64,000 nucleotides of DNA from a virus. Location: positions 32,001 through 96,000 of IMG/VR virus record IMGVR_UViG_3300036820_000004. One strand, written 5' to 3'. The notes beneath the pieces were generated by a model. The model did no database searches, was not told the DNA's origin, and worked only from the letters and a program-made list of their open reading frames with translations. Position numbers and translations under genes: made by a program. Of this stretch, positions 34,454 through 44,103 are shown in pieces. Each line of letters opens with the position of its first letter. Within the stretch, counting starts at the first letter, position 1.

Positions 34454-37400
34454 GTGGCCGCTGCAGTCCTGACCGAGCCCGAGGCCGCGAAGGCTGCGAC
34501 CACGTCTGCCGGTGATGACCTCGTCTACTTCTCGATGCCCATCGAGAAGTCGGAGGACACCAAGACCGTCAATCCCGTGGACGGCACCCCCGACATAGAA
34601 ATCTTCGGGAAAGTGACCGACGGGACTGTTGACTCGGATCTTCAGGTGGTCGATCCCGAGGCCAGCCTGCGGTGGATCAAGCGCTGGAAGGACGACGGCA
34701 AAGCCAACGTCCGGATGCAGCATGATCCGAAGAAGCCGGTCGGCAAAGGCCTGCACGTCGATGGCCACAACGTCCGTGCCCTGATCGCTGACCCGATCGC
34801 GAAGCACTTCATCCGCACGGGCATCCTCAACGACTGGTCCATCGGGATCATGAACCCGGACATCCGCCGGGGCGATCCCGCATTCAAGCACCTGGACCCG
34901 GCGGGCAAGGCCATCAACGGCGTGATCACCGACCGGGCGGACGGGCTCACCGGACTGGGTGAGATCAGCGTTGTCGACCGCGGGTCGAATTACGGCACCA
35001 AGTTCTCCCTGTGCAAGGCAGCGGCCGATGGCTCGGTGGAGTGGACCGGCGAGCTGACCGCGCCAGACGAGGTGCTGGCCAAGGCCGCGGCCCCGGCGAA
35101 GCCCAAGACGGTGACGGTCGAACTGCCGGCCGACATGCACGTCAGCATCAAGCCGTCCCAGCTGGCCAGGCTTGCCACGTTCGGGCAGCAGCTGGCGCGC
35201 GAGCAGGCGGCAGCGAAGGGCGCCGTGCCGTCGGTGATCACCAAGACGGCGGAACCGGATGCGGCCAAGGCTGACAATGCTGCACCCGAACCGGTTCCCG
35301 GCGCCCTGCATGACGCTGTGCTGAACCGCGCCGCGGAGGCAGCGGTTTACAAGCGCGACATCGACACCGCGACCCGCAGCCGTCTCGCCAGCGAGGGCAA
35401 GGCGCTGAGCGACGGCTCATACCCGATCGAAACCGAATCGGACATGCACAATGCCTACACCCTCGCCCGGTCCAAGCACGGGAAGTGGAAGGCCGCGCTC
35501 AAGCTCATCGCCCGCCGCGCGAAGCAGGAGGGCTGGACGCCTCCGGGTAAGCAGGACAAGGTCGCGGCCAAGGGCGCCAAGCCGCAGGTCACCAAGTGCA
35601 TGAAGTGCGACGGCTCCGGGATGACAGACGGCAAGCCCTGCCCGGACTGCAAGAAAGGCAAGAAGGCACTCAAGGCGCAGAAGCGCACGATCCGCAAGGC
35701 GCTCCGCCACCTGGACGATTTCGCCTCCGTGGTCAACGGCCAGCCGGCGACCAAGAAGGCCAAGGTCCTGTGCGGCGGCTGCGGGGCCAAGCAGAGCCGC
35801 AAGCATCAGATGTGCACCGAATGCGGCAAGCCCATGGCCGGGGCCATGCCGGTCACCAAGAACCACGACTTCCGGTGCCTGGGCTGCGGCCACGACCCGC
35901 TCGACAAGGGCGAGAAGCACTGCCCGCAGTGCGGCAAGGAAAACCCCGGCTACAACCCGATGGCCGACCACAAAATCCCCATGAACGCGGGCAAGGCAGC
36001 CGCTAAGGAGCGTGTGAGCAAGCGGAAGAAGGCCAAGAGCGGCAAGGGCAAGAAGGGGAACCCGTTCGGGGACAAGCAGGCTCCTCCCTTCGGCGCCAAA
36101 GACGACAGCGGCGAGGACGGCGGGAAAAAGCCATCCAGGGCCAAGAAGGCCGCGAGCCCGCAGGCCGCCAAGCGCAAGGGAAAGGGCAAGGGCCGCAACC
36201 CGGCGCACGGTGTCACCGGCCACGGCGGCGACGTCAAGGGCCTGCCCGCTCACCGCGAACCGGACGGCGCGCCGGTCGAGGAGTTCGAGGACGACGCGAA
36301 CATGCAGGACGGCGACGAACGGCAGGAAATGGCCGCGGCGATGCGCCACAAAGCCCTCGGGGCCGCGGGCCTGTCCCGCGAGGACGCGCTCCTGCACGAC
36401 CTGACCTGCGCCGCGTTCCGCCCGGCGGACGTGCGCAAATGCTTCCCCTACGCCTCCCTCGGCGACATCGACGGCGCCATGTGGCAGCGGCAGGCCCTGA
36501 TGAAGGCCGCGGCCGCCCCGGCAGCGGAAGCGCTCGCGATGCGGGACCTGTTCCGCCACGCCGAAACCCTCAAGAACGCATCGGATGACCTGCTGCTAGA
36601 CCTGCGTGAGCAGGCCCACGCGGACTTCCTCGCGGTCAACAAGGTGCTGACTGACGCCACCCCGGGCCCGGCGTCGTTCCCGACCCCGGCGCATGTCACC
36701 CCGCAGCAGTATCAGCGGCCGTACATTCACGAGGGCCATTCGGCGCCGTCACCGCAGCAGGGCGCCCCGCACGACTTCCGCGTTCCCGAAGGCCAGCCGT
36801 CGGCGGAGGACTTCACCCGCGGATTCCTCGCCGATGGCCGCGCCGCGGACGCCCCGGCCAACGACACCCCCCGGCATGAGCCCATTCCGGCACCGATGAC
36901 CCCCGGCATGCCGTCCCGCGTTTATTACACCGGGGCGATGCGGGACAACGCCCGCCAGGCGATGACCGCCATGCACGACCACATCTCCCGCGTTTTCCCC
37001 GACGTGTGCCCCATGTCCCCGGAGGTCAGCGGCATTCAGAAGCCCGCACCGCAGGTCCCCGAAGGCGTCGGCGGCCCGGCACCGAGGAGCGGCAAGAAGG
37101 CCGCGAAGGCGAAGGCCCGCAAGCAGCGCAAAGCCCTGGCCGCCAAGCGCCGCCGTCTCGAGCAGCGCGTCCTGAAGGGATCGATGACCGTGAAGCAGGC
37201 ACGCCGCAAGCTCGGCCTCAAGGCCAAGGGCGCCAACCTCACAGCGATGAAGCTGGCCAAGGCGTTGCCTTCTCCTTCGGTGCCGGTTCCTTCTCCGCTG
37301 GATCCGGACGTCATCAAGGCGGCCATCGCCGAGGCCAACGCGCCGCTCCTCGAGCGCATCGCCGCCCAGGACAAGACCCTGCGCAAGCAGCGGAAGGCCA

Positions 37401-37648
37401 TCGACGCCATCGCCGACCACGCCGACACCTCCCAGGCCCCCCTCCGCGGGGTGGTCTCCCTCAACAAGGCTTCTGCGGCGCCGGCGGCGCCGCAGACCGC
37501 TACGGCATCCGCGGAGCGGGTGCAGATGGCGGAACTCCAGCGACTCCACTACGTGTCGCGCTCCAGCCCGGACCCGGGCATGCGGGAAGCAGCCCGCCGG
37601 GACCTCGAAACCAAGCTCGGACTGGACTCCATGACCCCTCAGACGTAA
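34454..37648 (+). CDS. HK97-type prohead protease with long multi-domain / scaffold extension
   Basis: VRMQH, WSIG and EISVVDRGSN protease motifs; then ALSDGSYPI domain, three Zn ribbons, Lys-rich linkers and coiled-coil end; directly upstream of the capsid gene. Confidence 0.85.
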   Translation: MAAAVLTEPEAAKAATTSAGDDLVYFSMPIEKSEDTKTVNPVDGTPDIEIFGKVTDGTVDSDLQVVDPEASLRWIKRWKDDGKANVRMQHDPKKPVGKGLHVDGHNVRALIADPIAKHFIRTGILNDWSIGIMNPDIRRGDPAFKHLDPAGKAINGVITDRADGLTGLGEISVVDRGSNYGTKFSLCKAAADGSVEWTGELTAPDEVLAKAAAPAKPKTVTVELPADMHVSIKPSQLARLATFGQQLAREQAAAKGAVPSVITKTAEPDAAKADNAAPEPVPGALHDAVLNRAAEAAVYKRDIDTATRSRLASEGKALSDGSYPIETESDMHNAYTLARSKHGKWKAALKLIARRAKQEGWTPPGKQDKVAAKGAKPQVTKCMKCDGSGMTDGKPCPDCKKGKKALKAQKRTIRKALRHLDDFASVVNGQPATKKAKVLCGGCGAKQSRKHQMCTECGKPMAGAMPVTKNHDFRCLGCGHDPLDKGEKHCPQCGKENPGYNPMADHKIPMNAGKAAAKERVSKRKKAKSGKGKKGNPFGDKQAPPFGAKDDSGEDGGKKPSRAKKAASPQAAKRKGKGKGRNPAHGVTGHGGDVKGLPAHREPDGAPVEEFEDDANMQDGDERQEMAAAMRHKALGAAGLSREDALLHDLTCAAFRPADVRKCFPYASLGDIDGAMWQRQALMKAAAAPAAEALAMRDLFRHAETLKNASDDLLLDLREQAHADFLAVNKVLTDATPGPASFPTPAHVTPQQYQRPYIHEGHSAPSPQQGAPHDFRVPEGQPSAEDFTRGFLADGRAADAPANDTPRHEPIPAPMTPGMPSRVYYTGAMRDNARQAMTAMHDHISRVFPDVCPMSPEVSGIQKPAPQVPEGVGGPAPRSGKKAAKAKARKQRKALAAKRRRLEQRVLKGSMTVKQARRKLGLKAKGANLTAMKLAKALPSPSVPVPSPLDPDVIKAAIAEANAPLLERIAAQDKTLRKQRKAIDAIADHADTSQAPLRGVVSLNKASAAPAAPQTATASAERVQMAELQRLHYVSRSSPDPGMREAARRDLETKLGLDSMTPQT

Positions 37649-37696
37649 ACCGCGCCGCGCCGCGAAAGCGCGCGGCAGCAGCGAAAGCGAGACCGT

Positions 37697-40444
37697 GTGA
37701 CAGCAGTTCTGGACGGCACCATCCCGTCCCTGAATGACGGCGTGACCGCGCCGCCGCCCGACCAGGTCACCAAGGCGCTCTACGGAGAAGCCGCACGGCC
37801 CGACCTGGGCACCAGCCAGTACTCGAACACCGCCGAAGCCCTCGTCGGCAAGATGAGCCACCTCGTCAAGGGCGCCGGCTTCGCCGGCGAGGGCGGCAAC
37901 ACGCCGCTGACCAACCAGGCCGACATCGGCCGCCGCGCGTTCGAGGCGACGATCGACCTGCGTTCCGCCACCCGCCAGGGCATCTACGCCAAGTCGACGG
38001 TGGTCAAGTCCATGTCCCAGGATTTCCTGGGCCGGTTCGGCGCGCTGCGCCTGGCCCTGGAAACCCCGTCCATCCAGGAGTTCATCGGCACCGTCGCCAG
38101 CCCGGACATCGCCCGGTCATTCACGGCCGGAAATTTGGGGATAGGGTCGACGTACGGTTTGACCCCTTTCAACCTGTTGGCTCCCTCCCGCCTTAACTAG
38201 ATGGGGCCGTCGCGCCGTGAGGCGCGGATGACAACTCCGCGAACTGCTGGAACACCCGAGCCACCTGCGTGCGCCACAACGTGAGGCGAAAGCCTGAGCG
38301 TGACGGCCGAAAAGCTACGCAGCAGGGGCAATCAGCAGCCAAGCCCGCCTGCCGTCGGCGACGGGAAGGTCCAGAGAGCATGCACGGAGCGCCTCCCTGA
38401 GGCGATGATGTGCTCCGAGCCTGCGTGAGAGCGCAGGAGGCGACCGGAAACGAGCCGCCCCTCTGTTGAAACGGACAGAGAGTAACAATTTACGCATCTA
38501 TCCCATCTATACCGTCAACTAGGCGGCTCCGGAGGGCGACCTCCGGATGACAAGCGCACTGCCCGGGGAACCCCGCCCGTATACTGACCTGAAGCCGTCG
38601 CTCGCGCCCTCCTCATACAGGGGTACGATCGGCGGTTTGCTGTGTCTGGGGAATCCCGGTCCGCGGCGATGCCCGCCGCGGTGTAGAGACTGTACGTGCG
38701 CGCTCTGCCACGGACGCGGCCACGGGGCATTACGTGGCCACGGCCGCAGAGCATGAGACAGTCCGGACCTGCGTGGATGGCAAACCGCAGGAGGCGCACG
38801 GAAACGATGCGCCCGCTCGCCTCTTCGGCGAGAGGTAACAGAATCGCTACCGCAACAAGTTCGCCCGGCCGCCCGGCCAGGGCGCGTCCCTGATCGAGCG
38901 TCTCGCGGTCGGCATCTCCGGTTCACAGACCGGCGGCCAGTCCGTGCTGGACTTCTCGATCCCTGAGATGGTGCAAACCGGCGGGTCGTTCGGCCAGTGG
39001 CCGCTCAACCTGCCCCCGGCCGTCAGCGAGCAGTTTGTGACACTGAACGTGCCGTATCGTTTCTTCGGCGTCACGGAGCAGCTCAGCTTCCTCGCCCAGT
39101 GGGCAGGGCAGGGGTTCGAGGATCTGTCCGCGCTCGCCAACCTGATCCTTCTGCAGGCCGCCATGCAAGCGGAGGAGTTCCAGCTGATCGCGGGATCGTC
39201 GGCGAACCTGGCCATCCCGGCCGCGCCAACGTGCACGGTCCGCAACGCCCAGTCCAACGAGACCGCGCTGTCCACTTCGGTCGTCAACGTCCAGGTGGCT
39301 GCGGCGAACTACTTCGGCCGCACGGCTTCCAGCGGGTCCACGTCGGTGACGGTGGGCGCGGGCCAGGTCGTGGACGTGACCATCTCGCCTGTGACCGGGG
39401 CGATGAACTACCAGATCTTCGGCCTTTCCTCGGTCCCGACCACGTACCTGCTCGCGACCTGCGGGGGCGTGAAGTACACGCTGCAGGGCGCGCTGCCCGC
39501 GGCGGTCACCACCAACCCGACGGCTGACACCGGCACCGGGGCCGGAACCCGGATGGAAGGCGTCATCCCGACCCTGACCGGCCTGTCGGCGCAGGCGGCC
39601 ATCTACCCGAACGGCAACCCGATCGTCTGGCAGGGCGGCTACGTCAACCAGAACGTCGGCCAGCACCTCAACTACAACGTCATCTACACCGCGCTGAAGG
39701 CGCTGTTCGACTCGCCGTCGATCTCGCCGGGGGCGTTCAAGGCCGACCCGGCGGAGATCATCTCCTCGGGTTCGGACATCGCGAACCTGTCCCAGGATGT
39801 GATCTCGCAGGGTTCGGGCACCAACTTCGAGCTGTTCATCAAGCAGGGCGAAGTCGGGAACGTCACCGTCGGTGCGGCCGTCAGCCAGTTCCAGAACCCG
39901 GTCACGAGGTCCATCCTGAAGACCGTGGTCCACCCGTTCTACCTGCAAGGCAACGCGGAACTGCTGTCCTACCAGCTCCCCCAGAGCTGGACGAACGTGG
40001 CCAACGCGTGGGAAGTGTCCTGCGTGCAGGACTATGTGACGCTCAACTAACTAGGGCGCGCGGCAGGGTGACCTGCCGTGGAAAACGGCACTGTTCGGGG
40101 AACCCCTCCAATCACCGGGGAATCCCGAGCTTCAGCGATGCCCGCTGGAGTGTAGAGACTGTACGTGCCGGATCTGTGCGACGGGATCAGCGACGGGGCA
40201 TTACGCCGCTGGCACCGCAGATCATGAGACAGGCCGATCTGCACCGATGGAAAAGGTGCAGAGGCCGGCAGAAATGACCGGCCCGCTCACCATCTGGTGA
40301 GAGGTAACAGAATGCGCACTCCCCGTGATCGATGTGACCTACAGGTACATCCTCCTGCTCATGGCTGCCCTGGTGGCCCATGCTCCGATGTATTCTGCCC
40401 ACCTGGGCGGTTTGCAGCAGTCTGATGTGACTCCGTACAGTTAG
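37697..40444 (+). CDS. major capsid protein, spliced: join(37697..38193,38495..38515,38847..40043,40315..40444), 614 aa
   Basis: Joined exons total 1845 nt in one open frame: ...FNLLAPSRL-IYPIYTV-YRNKFARPPGQG...QDYVTL-ALPVIDVTYRY...SDVTPYS*; position after the protease. Confidence 0.85.
38194..38494 (+). ncRNA. group I intron 1 (301 nt, no ORF)
   Basis: Exon ends in U, intron ends in G; P1 GCCU/GGGC; P10 UAGAUG/CAUCUA; P3 CUCCG/CGGAG; P AACUGCUGGAA, Q AAUCAGCAG; P7 GAGCAU/GUGCUC. Confidence 0.9.
38516..38846 (+). ncRNA. group I intron 2 (331 nt, no ORF)
   Basis: P1 CCGU/GCGG; P10 UAG/CUA; P3 GCGCAC/GUGCGC; Q AAUCCCGG; R GUAGAGACUGUAC, S AUGAGACAGUCC; terminal G. Confidence 0.9.
40044..40314 (+). 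ncRNA. group I intron 3 (271 nt, no ORF)
   Basis: P1 CGCU/GGCG; P3 CGGCAC/GUGCCG; P UUCGGGGAA, Q AAUCCCGAG; R GUAGAGACUGUAC, S AUGAGACAGGCC; 3' end GUAACAGAAUG as in intron 2; P10 weak. Confidence 0.85.
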
Positions 40445-40486
40445 TCCTAGTTTGTCCGGTTTGGCAAACCTATGACTCCCGCCTCA

Positions 40487-40525
40487 GGGCCGACCCGGGT
40501 ACTACGAAAGTACCCGGGTCGGCCC
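40487..40525 (+). terminator. 17-bp perfect hairpin after the capsid gene
   Basis: GGGCCGACCCGGGTACT-acgaa-AGTACCCGGGTCGGCCC; no U tract. Confidence 0.65.
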
Positions 40526-40548
40526 CAACCATCCAAGGAAAGGACCGT

Positions 40549-40917
40549 GTGAGCGGAATCTTCGCGGCCGGAATCCAGCAGGTTCAGTCCAGCATCGGCA
40601 CGACCTCGGCGCTGGTCTGGAACCCTGAGAACACCAGTGCCACCACGTTCGGCCCGCTGGGCTCCGTCCCGGCCACCGCGGTCCTCAAGGACGTGACCAT
40701 CCTCAACACCGGCACCGTGACCGTGTACATCGGGTCCGGGTCGCTTACCGCGGGCGGGTCGCAGACCCCGCTGGCCATCCCGGTCGGCGGCCAGGTCACC
40801 GTCCAGGGCTACTCGGTGTCCAGCCCGTCTGGTGCTACCGGGCAGATCTGGGGCAACACGTCCTCAGGCACCGGTTCCACGCTGGCCGGGCTGGTGTCTG
40901 TCGCGAGCGTGATCTGA
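40549..40917 (+). CDS. putative capsid decoration protein
   Basis: RBS GAAAGGA; small, Gly/Ser/Thr/Val-rich; follows the capsid gene. Confidence 0.65.
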   Translation: MSGIFAAGIQQVQSSIGTTSALVWNPENTSATTFGPLGSVPATAVLKDVTILNTGTVTVYIGSGSLTAGGSQTPLAIPVGGQVTVQGYSVSSPSGATGQIWGNTSSGTGSTLAGLVSVASVI

Positions 40918-40918
40918 G

Positions 40919-41320
40919 ATGGCCGGCAGCGGCAGCCCGGTCAACCCGGTCGGCTCGGCGTGGTTCCCCGGCGACGCCGCGACCGGTGCGAAGGTCACGA
41001 ACACGCCGCAGGTCTTCGCCCAGCCGGTGGTGTTCCAGAAAGGCTTCGCGACCGGTGTCAACGGCGCGACGCCTCCTGCGATCACGGCACCGGGCACCGT
41101 GGCGTCGGCCGGGACGGTATCCAACGGCACCGGCTACGACTGCATGGTGTACCTGTCGGCGACAACCGGCATCCAGAAGATCGTGTACGTCGGCGTGGCT
41201 GGCGGGACGATCGCGGGTACCACGCCGGCGGCGCAGACGACCGATCTCTACGTGCCGAACAACCAGGCCATCGCGGTCACCTACACCGGGACGCTGACCT
41301 GGACCTGGCTGGCGATCTGA
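40919..41320 (+). CDS. putative virion structural protein
   Basis: Thr/Gly-rich beta protein in the operon. Confidence 0.65.
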   Translation: MAGSGSPVNPVGSAWFPGDAATGAKVTNTPQVFAQPVVFQKGFATGVNGATPPAITAPGTVASAGTVSNGTGYDCMVYLSATTGIQKIVYVGVAGGTIAGTTPAAQTTDLYVPNNQAIAVTYTGTLTWTWLAI

Positions 41321-41321
41321 G

Positions 41322-41615
41322 ATGTTCGTCACCGGCCAGGTCACCGCGGGCACCGCGTCGTCCGCCCTGTGCCAGATGCCCCCGGGCCCGTGCATGCTTT
41401 CCGTCTCCAACCCTTCGTCGGTGACGGTGTACATCGGGCCCGGGGGAACGGCGCTGACCACCGGGAACGGGTACCCGGTACCTGCCGGGCAGACAACGGC
41501 ATGGGCCGGGTACCAGGGCAGCAAAGGCGCGGCGCTGAACGTGATCGCCGCGTCCGGAACCGCGAACTCGGTGGGGTTCCTGATCTCGTCGGCAACCGGG
41601 CAGACGGGGTTCTGA
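41322..41615 (+). CDS. putative virion structural protein
   Basis: N....TVYIG motif shared with the 40549 gene. Confidence 0.65.
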   Translation: MFVTGQVTAGTASSALCQMPPGPCMLSVSNPSSVTVYIGPGGTALTTGNGYPVPAGQTTAWAGYQGSKGAALNVIAASGTANSVGFLISSATGQTGF

Positions 41616-41621
41616 CGTGCC

Positions 41622-42347
41622 GTGACCACCCTCACCAACTCGTTCGAGGGCGGCACCAGCGGCACAACCATCACCCCCGGCAATTCCGGCGGGGTGTCAG
41701 GGAACGCGTTCGACGTCGTTAACATCGGCGCATCGGCCGCACTCGCCTACAGCAACACCCAGGCCGCGCATGGCACGCTGTCAGGCGAGTTCACCGAACC
41801 CGGGACCAGCACAACGTGCTTTGCGGCCTGGGCCGGGAGCCTGACCGGGTCCTCGCTGGCCACCATCTGGTACCGCGCCTACGTTTACCTGCCGGCGCTG
41901 CCCCCGGTCACCAACATGAGGCTCATCGCCCCCTACGACAGCACCTCGATCTGCGCCGGGATCGCGGTCAGCACCGCAGGCAAGATCGTGGTCCAGGCCG
42001 GGACCACGGACACGACGCAGTACACGAGCACCAGTGCGGTCAACACCGCCGGGTGGTTCCGGCTGGAGGGTTTCGTCACCGGGTCGGCCAGCGCGGGCCA
42101 GGTGTCGATGGCGTTGTACAACTCGCCGGACTCCGCGACGGCCACCGAGACCTTCACCTCGGCCGCCAGCCTGAACACGACCGGCGCGATCACCAGCGTC
42201 CGGTTCGGCTCCTCGGCGCAAGGCACGAATTACTCCTGGTTCATGGATGATCTCGGCGCTTCCAGCACCGGTCCGGTTGGTCCCGTTGTCAGCCCTGCCG
42301 CCGGCGGCGGCAGCAGCATCGTCCCTGTTCTCGTCGCGAGCATGTGA
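41622..42347 (+). CDS. virion beta-sandwich protein (paralog of 61064-61777)
   Basis: TTLTNSFEGGTSGTTIT...YRAY.YL...WFRLEG...DD.G.S..GP.GP. Confidence 0.75.
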   Translation: MTTLTNSFEGGTSGTTITPGNSGGVSGNAFDVVNIGASAALAYSNTQAAHGTLSGEFTEPGTSTTCFAAWAGSLTGSSLATIWYRAYVYLPALPPVTNMRLIAPYDSTSICAGIAVSTAGKIVVQAGTTDTTQYTSTSAVNTAGWFRLEGFVTGSASAGQVSMALYNSPDSATATETFTSAASLNTTGAITSVRFGSSAQGTNYSWFMDDLGASSTGPVGPVVSPAAGGGSSIVPVLVASM

Positions 42348-42360
42348 AAGGGAGGCGCCT

Positions 42361-43497
42361 GTGCGGATCCTGGTTTACTCAAACGCGCCGTGGGCCTGGT
42401 CGGGGTACGGCACGCAGACCGCGCAGCTGGTTCCGCGGCTGGCCGCCGCCGGTCATGAGGCGGCGGTGGCCGCGTTCCACGGCTTGCAGGCCGCGCCGCT
42501 GAACTGGCAGGGGTTCATGGTGTACCCGGGCAGCGGCGAGGACCCGTGGGCGCAGGATGTGCTGCAAGGCCACTACGCCCACCACCAGGCGGACCTGCTC
42601 CTCACCCTCATGGACGCGTGGGTGCTGAACCCGGCCCTGCTCGCCGGCATGAATGTGGCCCACTGGATGCCGGTCGACTGTTCTCCGCTATCGGCGATGG
42701 ACAAGCATGTCCTCACCGAGGGCGGCGGCAGGCCCGTCGCGATGAGCGGTTTCGGCCGCCGCCAGCTGGAAGACGCCGGCTGGGCACCGCTGTATGTTCC
42801 GCACGCGATCGACACGCAAGCCATGTTCACCCCGCTCCCGGACCGGGATGCTCTGCGCAGCGAGCTCGGCCTGGCCGGCCAGTTCCTGGTCGGCATCAAC
42901 GGCGCCAACCAGGACCCGGTCAGGAAAGGCCTAGCCGAGCAGTTTGAGGCGTTCGCCGCGTTTCGCTCCGCGCACCCGGAAGCGCTGCTGCTGGTCAACG
43001 CACGGTGCGAAACCCGGCAAGGTATCAGCCTGACCGCCCTGGCCGCCGCGCACGGCCTCGGCCCGGACAGCGTCCAGTTCGCTGACCAGTACCTGTACTC
43101 GGCGGGGCTGTTCGGACAGGACAAACTCGCTCGCTGGTACGGCTTGCTGGACGTGCTGTCGAACTGTTCCTTCGGTGAGGGGTTCGGCTTGCCCGTCCTC
43201 GAGGCACAGGCATGCGGGACACCGGTCGTGGTCACGGACTTTTCCGCGATGACCGAGCTGTGCGGCTCCGGGTGGCTTGTGGAGGGCAGCCGGTTCTGGA
43301 ACAAGGGCCACTCCGCGTGGTGGCTGCGGCCGTCGGCAGCGGCCATCGCCGGCGCGTACGAGGAAGCGTTCGCGTTGTGGCAGGCCGGGGGCCTGGGTGC
43401 CTACCGGGAGAAAGCGCGGCAGTTCTCGCTGGCCTATGACGCTGACCGCGTGCTCGCCGAGTACTGGGTTCCCGCACTGGCTGAACTCGCCGGCTAA
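42361..43497 (+). CDS. GT4-type (GT-B) glycosyltransferase
   Basis: RBS GGGAGG; SNAPW..SGYG.Q, RKG, EGFGLPVLEAQACGTPV. Confidence 0.9.
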   Translation: MRILVYSNAPWAWSGYGTQTAQLVPRLAAAGHEAAVAAFHGLQAAPLNWQGFMVYPGSGEDPWAQDVLQGHYAHHQADLLLTLMDAWVLNPALLAGMNVAHWMPVDCSPLSAMDKHVLTEGGGRPVAMSGFGRRQLEDAGWAPLYVPHAIDTQAMFTPLPDRDALRSELGLAGQFLVGINGANQDPVRKGLAEQFEAFAAFRSAHPEALLLVNARCETRQGISLTALAAAHGLGPDSVQFADQYLYSAGLFGQDKLARWYGLLDVLSNCSFGEGFGLPVLEAQACGTPVVVTDFSAMTELCGSGWLVEGSRFWNKGHSAWWLRPSAAAIAGAYEEAFALWQAGGLGAYREKARQFSLAYDADRVLAEYWVPALAELAG

Positions 43498-43997
43498 CTG
43501 GCTTGTGCCTGGGCTCTCCATTCAGCAGCCCACTGGAAGTCCAGCCCGGCCAGTTTCGCGCACTGCTCATCCTCTGGCAGGTCACCAACCATGAGTCCCA
43601 TGTACGGCGGATAGTACTCACCAAAGCGGGCCGCGATGTCAAGCGCGGACTCGATCAGCAAGCCCGGCGACGGCTTACGGCACCAGCACCGGGCAAATTC
43701 GGGAAGCTTCGCATTCGGGTGATGAATGCAGAACGCGATCTTGTCGAATAGTTTGCCAGATTGCCGGTAGGTCTCCCGCATGGCGGCCTCAACCTTGGCG
43801 TATGTGACGATGCCAAGCGAGACGCCGCCCTGATTGCTGACGCCGATAATCCGTCCTCCGTCCGCTTTCCAGCGACGCATCATCTCGATCGCCTCGGGAA
43901 ACACCACGACATCGTCAGGACCATTCACGAACCGGCCGAGCGCATCATCCTTGCCCTGTCGCACAGTGCCGTCAAGATCCAGGTACAGGACCGGCAC
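43494..43997 (-). CDS. HAD-IIIA phosphatase (GmhB-like)
   Basis: DLDGT, VSNQGG, C.H...CWCRKP.PG, MVGD...D; RBS AAGGA before GTG. Confidence 0.85.
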   Translation of the reverse strand: MPVLYLDLDGTVRQGKDDALGRFVNGPDDVVVFPEAIEMMRRWKADGGRIIGVSNQGGVSLGIVTYAKVEAAMRETYRQSGKLFDKIAFCIHHPNAKLPEFARCWCRKPSPGLLIESALDIAARFGEYYPPYMGLMVGDLPEDEQCAKLAGLDFQWAAEWRAQAQAS

Positions 43998-44103
43998 AGC
44001 GCGTTCCTTCTCGTCCCGCACCATGCGGGTGACCTGGTGGCCCACAGGCTGCCTCCGTTGGGGGGGTGGTTTGAGTTCGGATCCTCGTGCATAGCAATGC
44101 GCC

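Noticed and set aside
40049-40316. Alternative intron 3 boundaries (AACT|AACTAG ... AATGCG|CA)
   Set aside because: Also in frame, but P1 pairing is poorer than for 40044-40314; not fully excluded
37697-40444. Capsid gene as a fragmented pseudogene or two separate genes
   Set aside because: The interruptions have group I core pairings, and their precise removal restores one open frame
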